This document shows positions 63,994 through 64,000 of a DNA stretch of 64,000 nucleotides, one piece after another. Every line of letters starts with the position of its first letter. Position 1 is the stretch's first letter. This DNA is from Candidatus Latescibacterota bacterium (GTDB lineage: Bacteria; Latescibacterota; UBA2968; GCA-2709665): contig OZ250150.1 of the NCBI GenBank assembly GCA_965237675.1, forward strand, positions 1,504,001 through 1,568,000. Reading direction: 5' to 3'. Both the position numbers and the translations under genes were made by a program. A model generated the notes under the pieces. That model did not search any database. It saw only the letters and a list, made by a program, of their open reading frames with translations, and was not told the origin of the DNA.

Positions 63994-64000
63994 ACGTTGT

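Overview
GC-rich (~60-65% in core genes) bacterial chromosome segment. By inference it comes from an FCB-group lineage such as Ca. Latescibacterota or Gemmatimonadota, probably sponge-associated, given the FlgD-Ig/T9SS-like C-terminal domain, secreted WD40 protein, dockerin-like tails and PhyH. Core genes: an AddAB-like helicase/nuclease pair, phyH, a hisG-hisD-hisC-hisB operon running into glycan genes, uvrC-ogt-xerD-GHMP kinase, htrA, a sigma-54-type regulator with a TPR protein, and ispE-tRNA-Gln-rplY-pth-hppA-rpsF-rpsR-rplI. Two things stand out. (1) Roughly 11-12 kb is intergenic mosaic of nested REP, REPIN and MITE modules, with a RAYT (HUH Y1) transposase in the window. Filled and empty sites are both visible, single genes are bracketed by near-identical direct repeats, and one element family carries fixed-length hypervariable segments between conserved boxes. 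(2) A 3155-bp AT-rich IS1595-family element with passenger genes (24-bp TIRs, 8-bp TSD) splits a ~1564-aa secreted dockerin-cohesin-FlgD protein, and precise removal restores the reading frame. All calls come from reading the sequence by eye; no database searches were run.
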